A stretch of 64,000 bases of DNA from Candidatus Kryptoniota bacterium (GTDB lineage Bacteria; Bacteroidota; Ignavibacteria; Kryptoniales; JAKASW01). Where the stretch lies: NCBI GenBank assembly GCA_046706365.1, contig JBJKPN010000080.1, forward strand, positions 23,644 to 87,643, given 5' to 3'. Shown piece after piece: positions 63,925 to 64,000 of the stretch. Both the position numbers and the translations under genes were made by a program. How positions within the stretch are numbered: position 1 is the first letter of the stretch; the number at the start of each line of letters is the position of its first letter. Below the pieces are notes generated by a model. The model was given only the letters and a program-made list of their open reading frames with translations. It searched no databases and was not told the DNA's origin.

Positions 63925-64000
63925 TTCAATCCTACTATCCGATTCACCGCCGCCTCGCTCGCGATAAATGCCGCTGTCCCGTGCCGATTTCCCCCCATTC

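Noticed and set aside
1-64000. Scan for tRNA, rRNA, CRISPR arrays, transposases, integrases, toxin-antitoxin or known defence genes
   Set aside because: I recognised none. The window is almost saturated with motility, chemotaxis and a few redox or housekeeping genes.

Overview
Almost the whole 64-kb window is one motility super-locus from an unidentified diderm bacterium; lineage cannot be assigned by eye. All domain calls below are by-eye motif recognition, and no searches were run. (i) nt 1-7400 holds a PAS histidine kinase with a sigma-54-dependent NtrC-type response regulator, a TAT-exported DUF362 protein with a NapH/NapG-like membrane polyferredoxin, a DUF72 protein and a frameshifted CoA-binding gene. 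(ii) nt 8213-23668 on the minus strand is a tightly packed 14-gene chemotaxis operon: degenerate receiver, small YfiR-like periplasmic protein, MCP, cheW, MCP, MCP, DUF342/FapA, HEAT-repeat protein, cheR, two cheY, cheZ, a P2-less cheA and cheB. (iii) nt 24050-63924 on the plus strand carries about 50 co-directional flagellar genes. They follow the Bacillus/spirochaete-type order flgBC-fliEFGHIJ-ylxF/flbB-fliK-flgD-flgE-flbD-fliLMNOPQR-flhBAFG-fliA. An inserted regulatory block comes next: HDOD fused to a FliA-like sigma region 4, a second HDOD, an orphan GAF kinase and a membrane protein. After it come flgFGAHIJ-flgN-flgKL-motAB-fliW-csrA, a REC-Hpt protein, a REC protein and a GT2-TPR glycosyltransferase. 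No rRNA, tRNA, CRISPR, transposase or integrase was recognised, and no flagellin, fliD, fliS or flgM lies in the window. The best candidates for undescribed biology are: the HDOD-sigma-region-4 fusion overlapping fliA; the pseudo-receiver/YfiR-like/MCP front end and the HEAT+DUF342 core of the che operon; csrA translationally coupled to a REC-Hpt phosphorelay; unassignable small ORFs coupled to flgB and sitting between flgC and fliE; and GC-rich stem-loops bracketing the hook gene.
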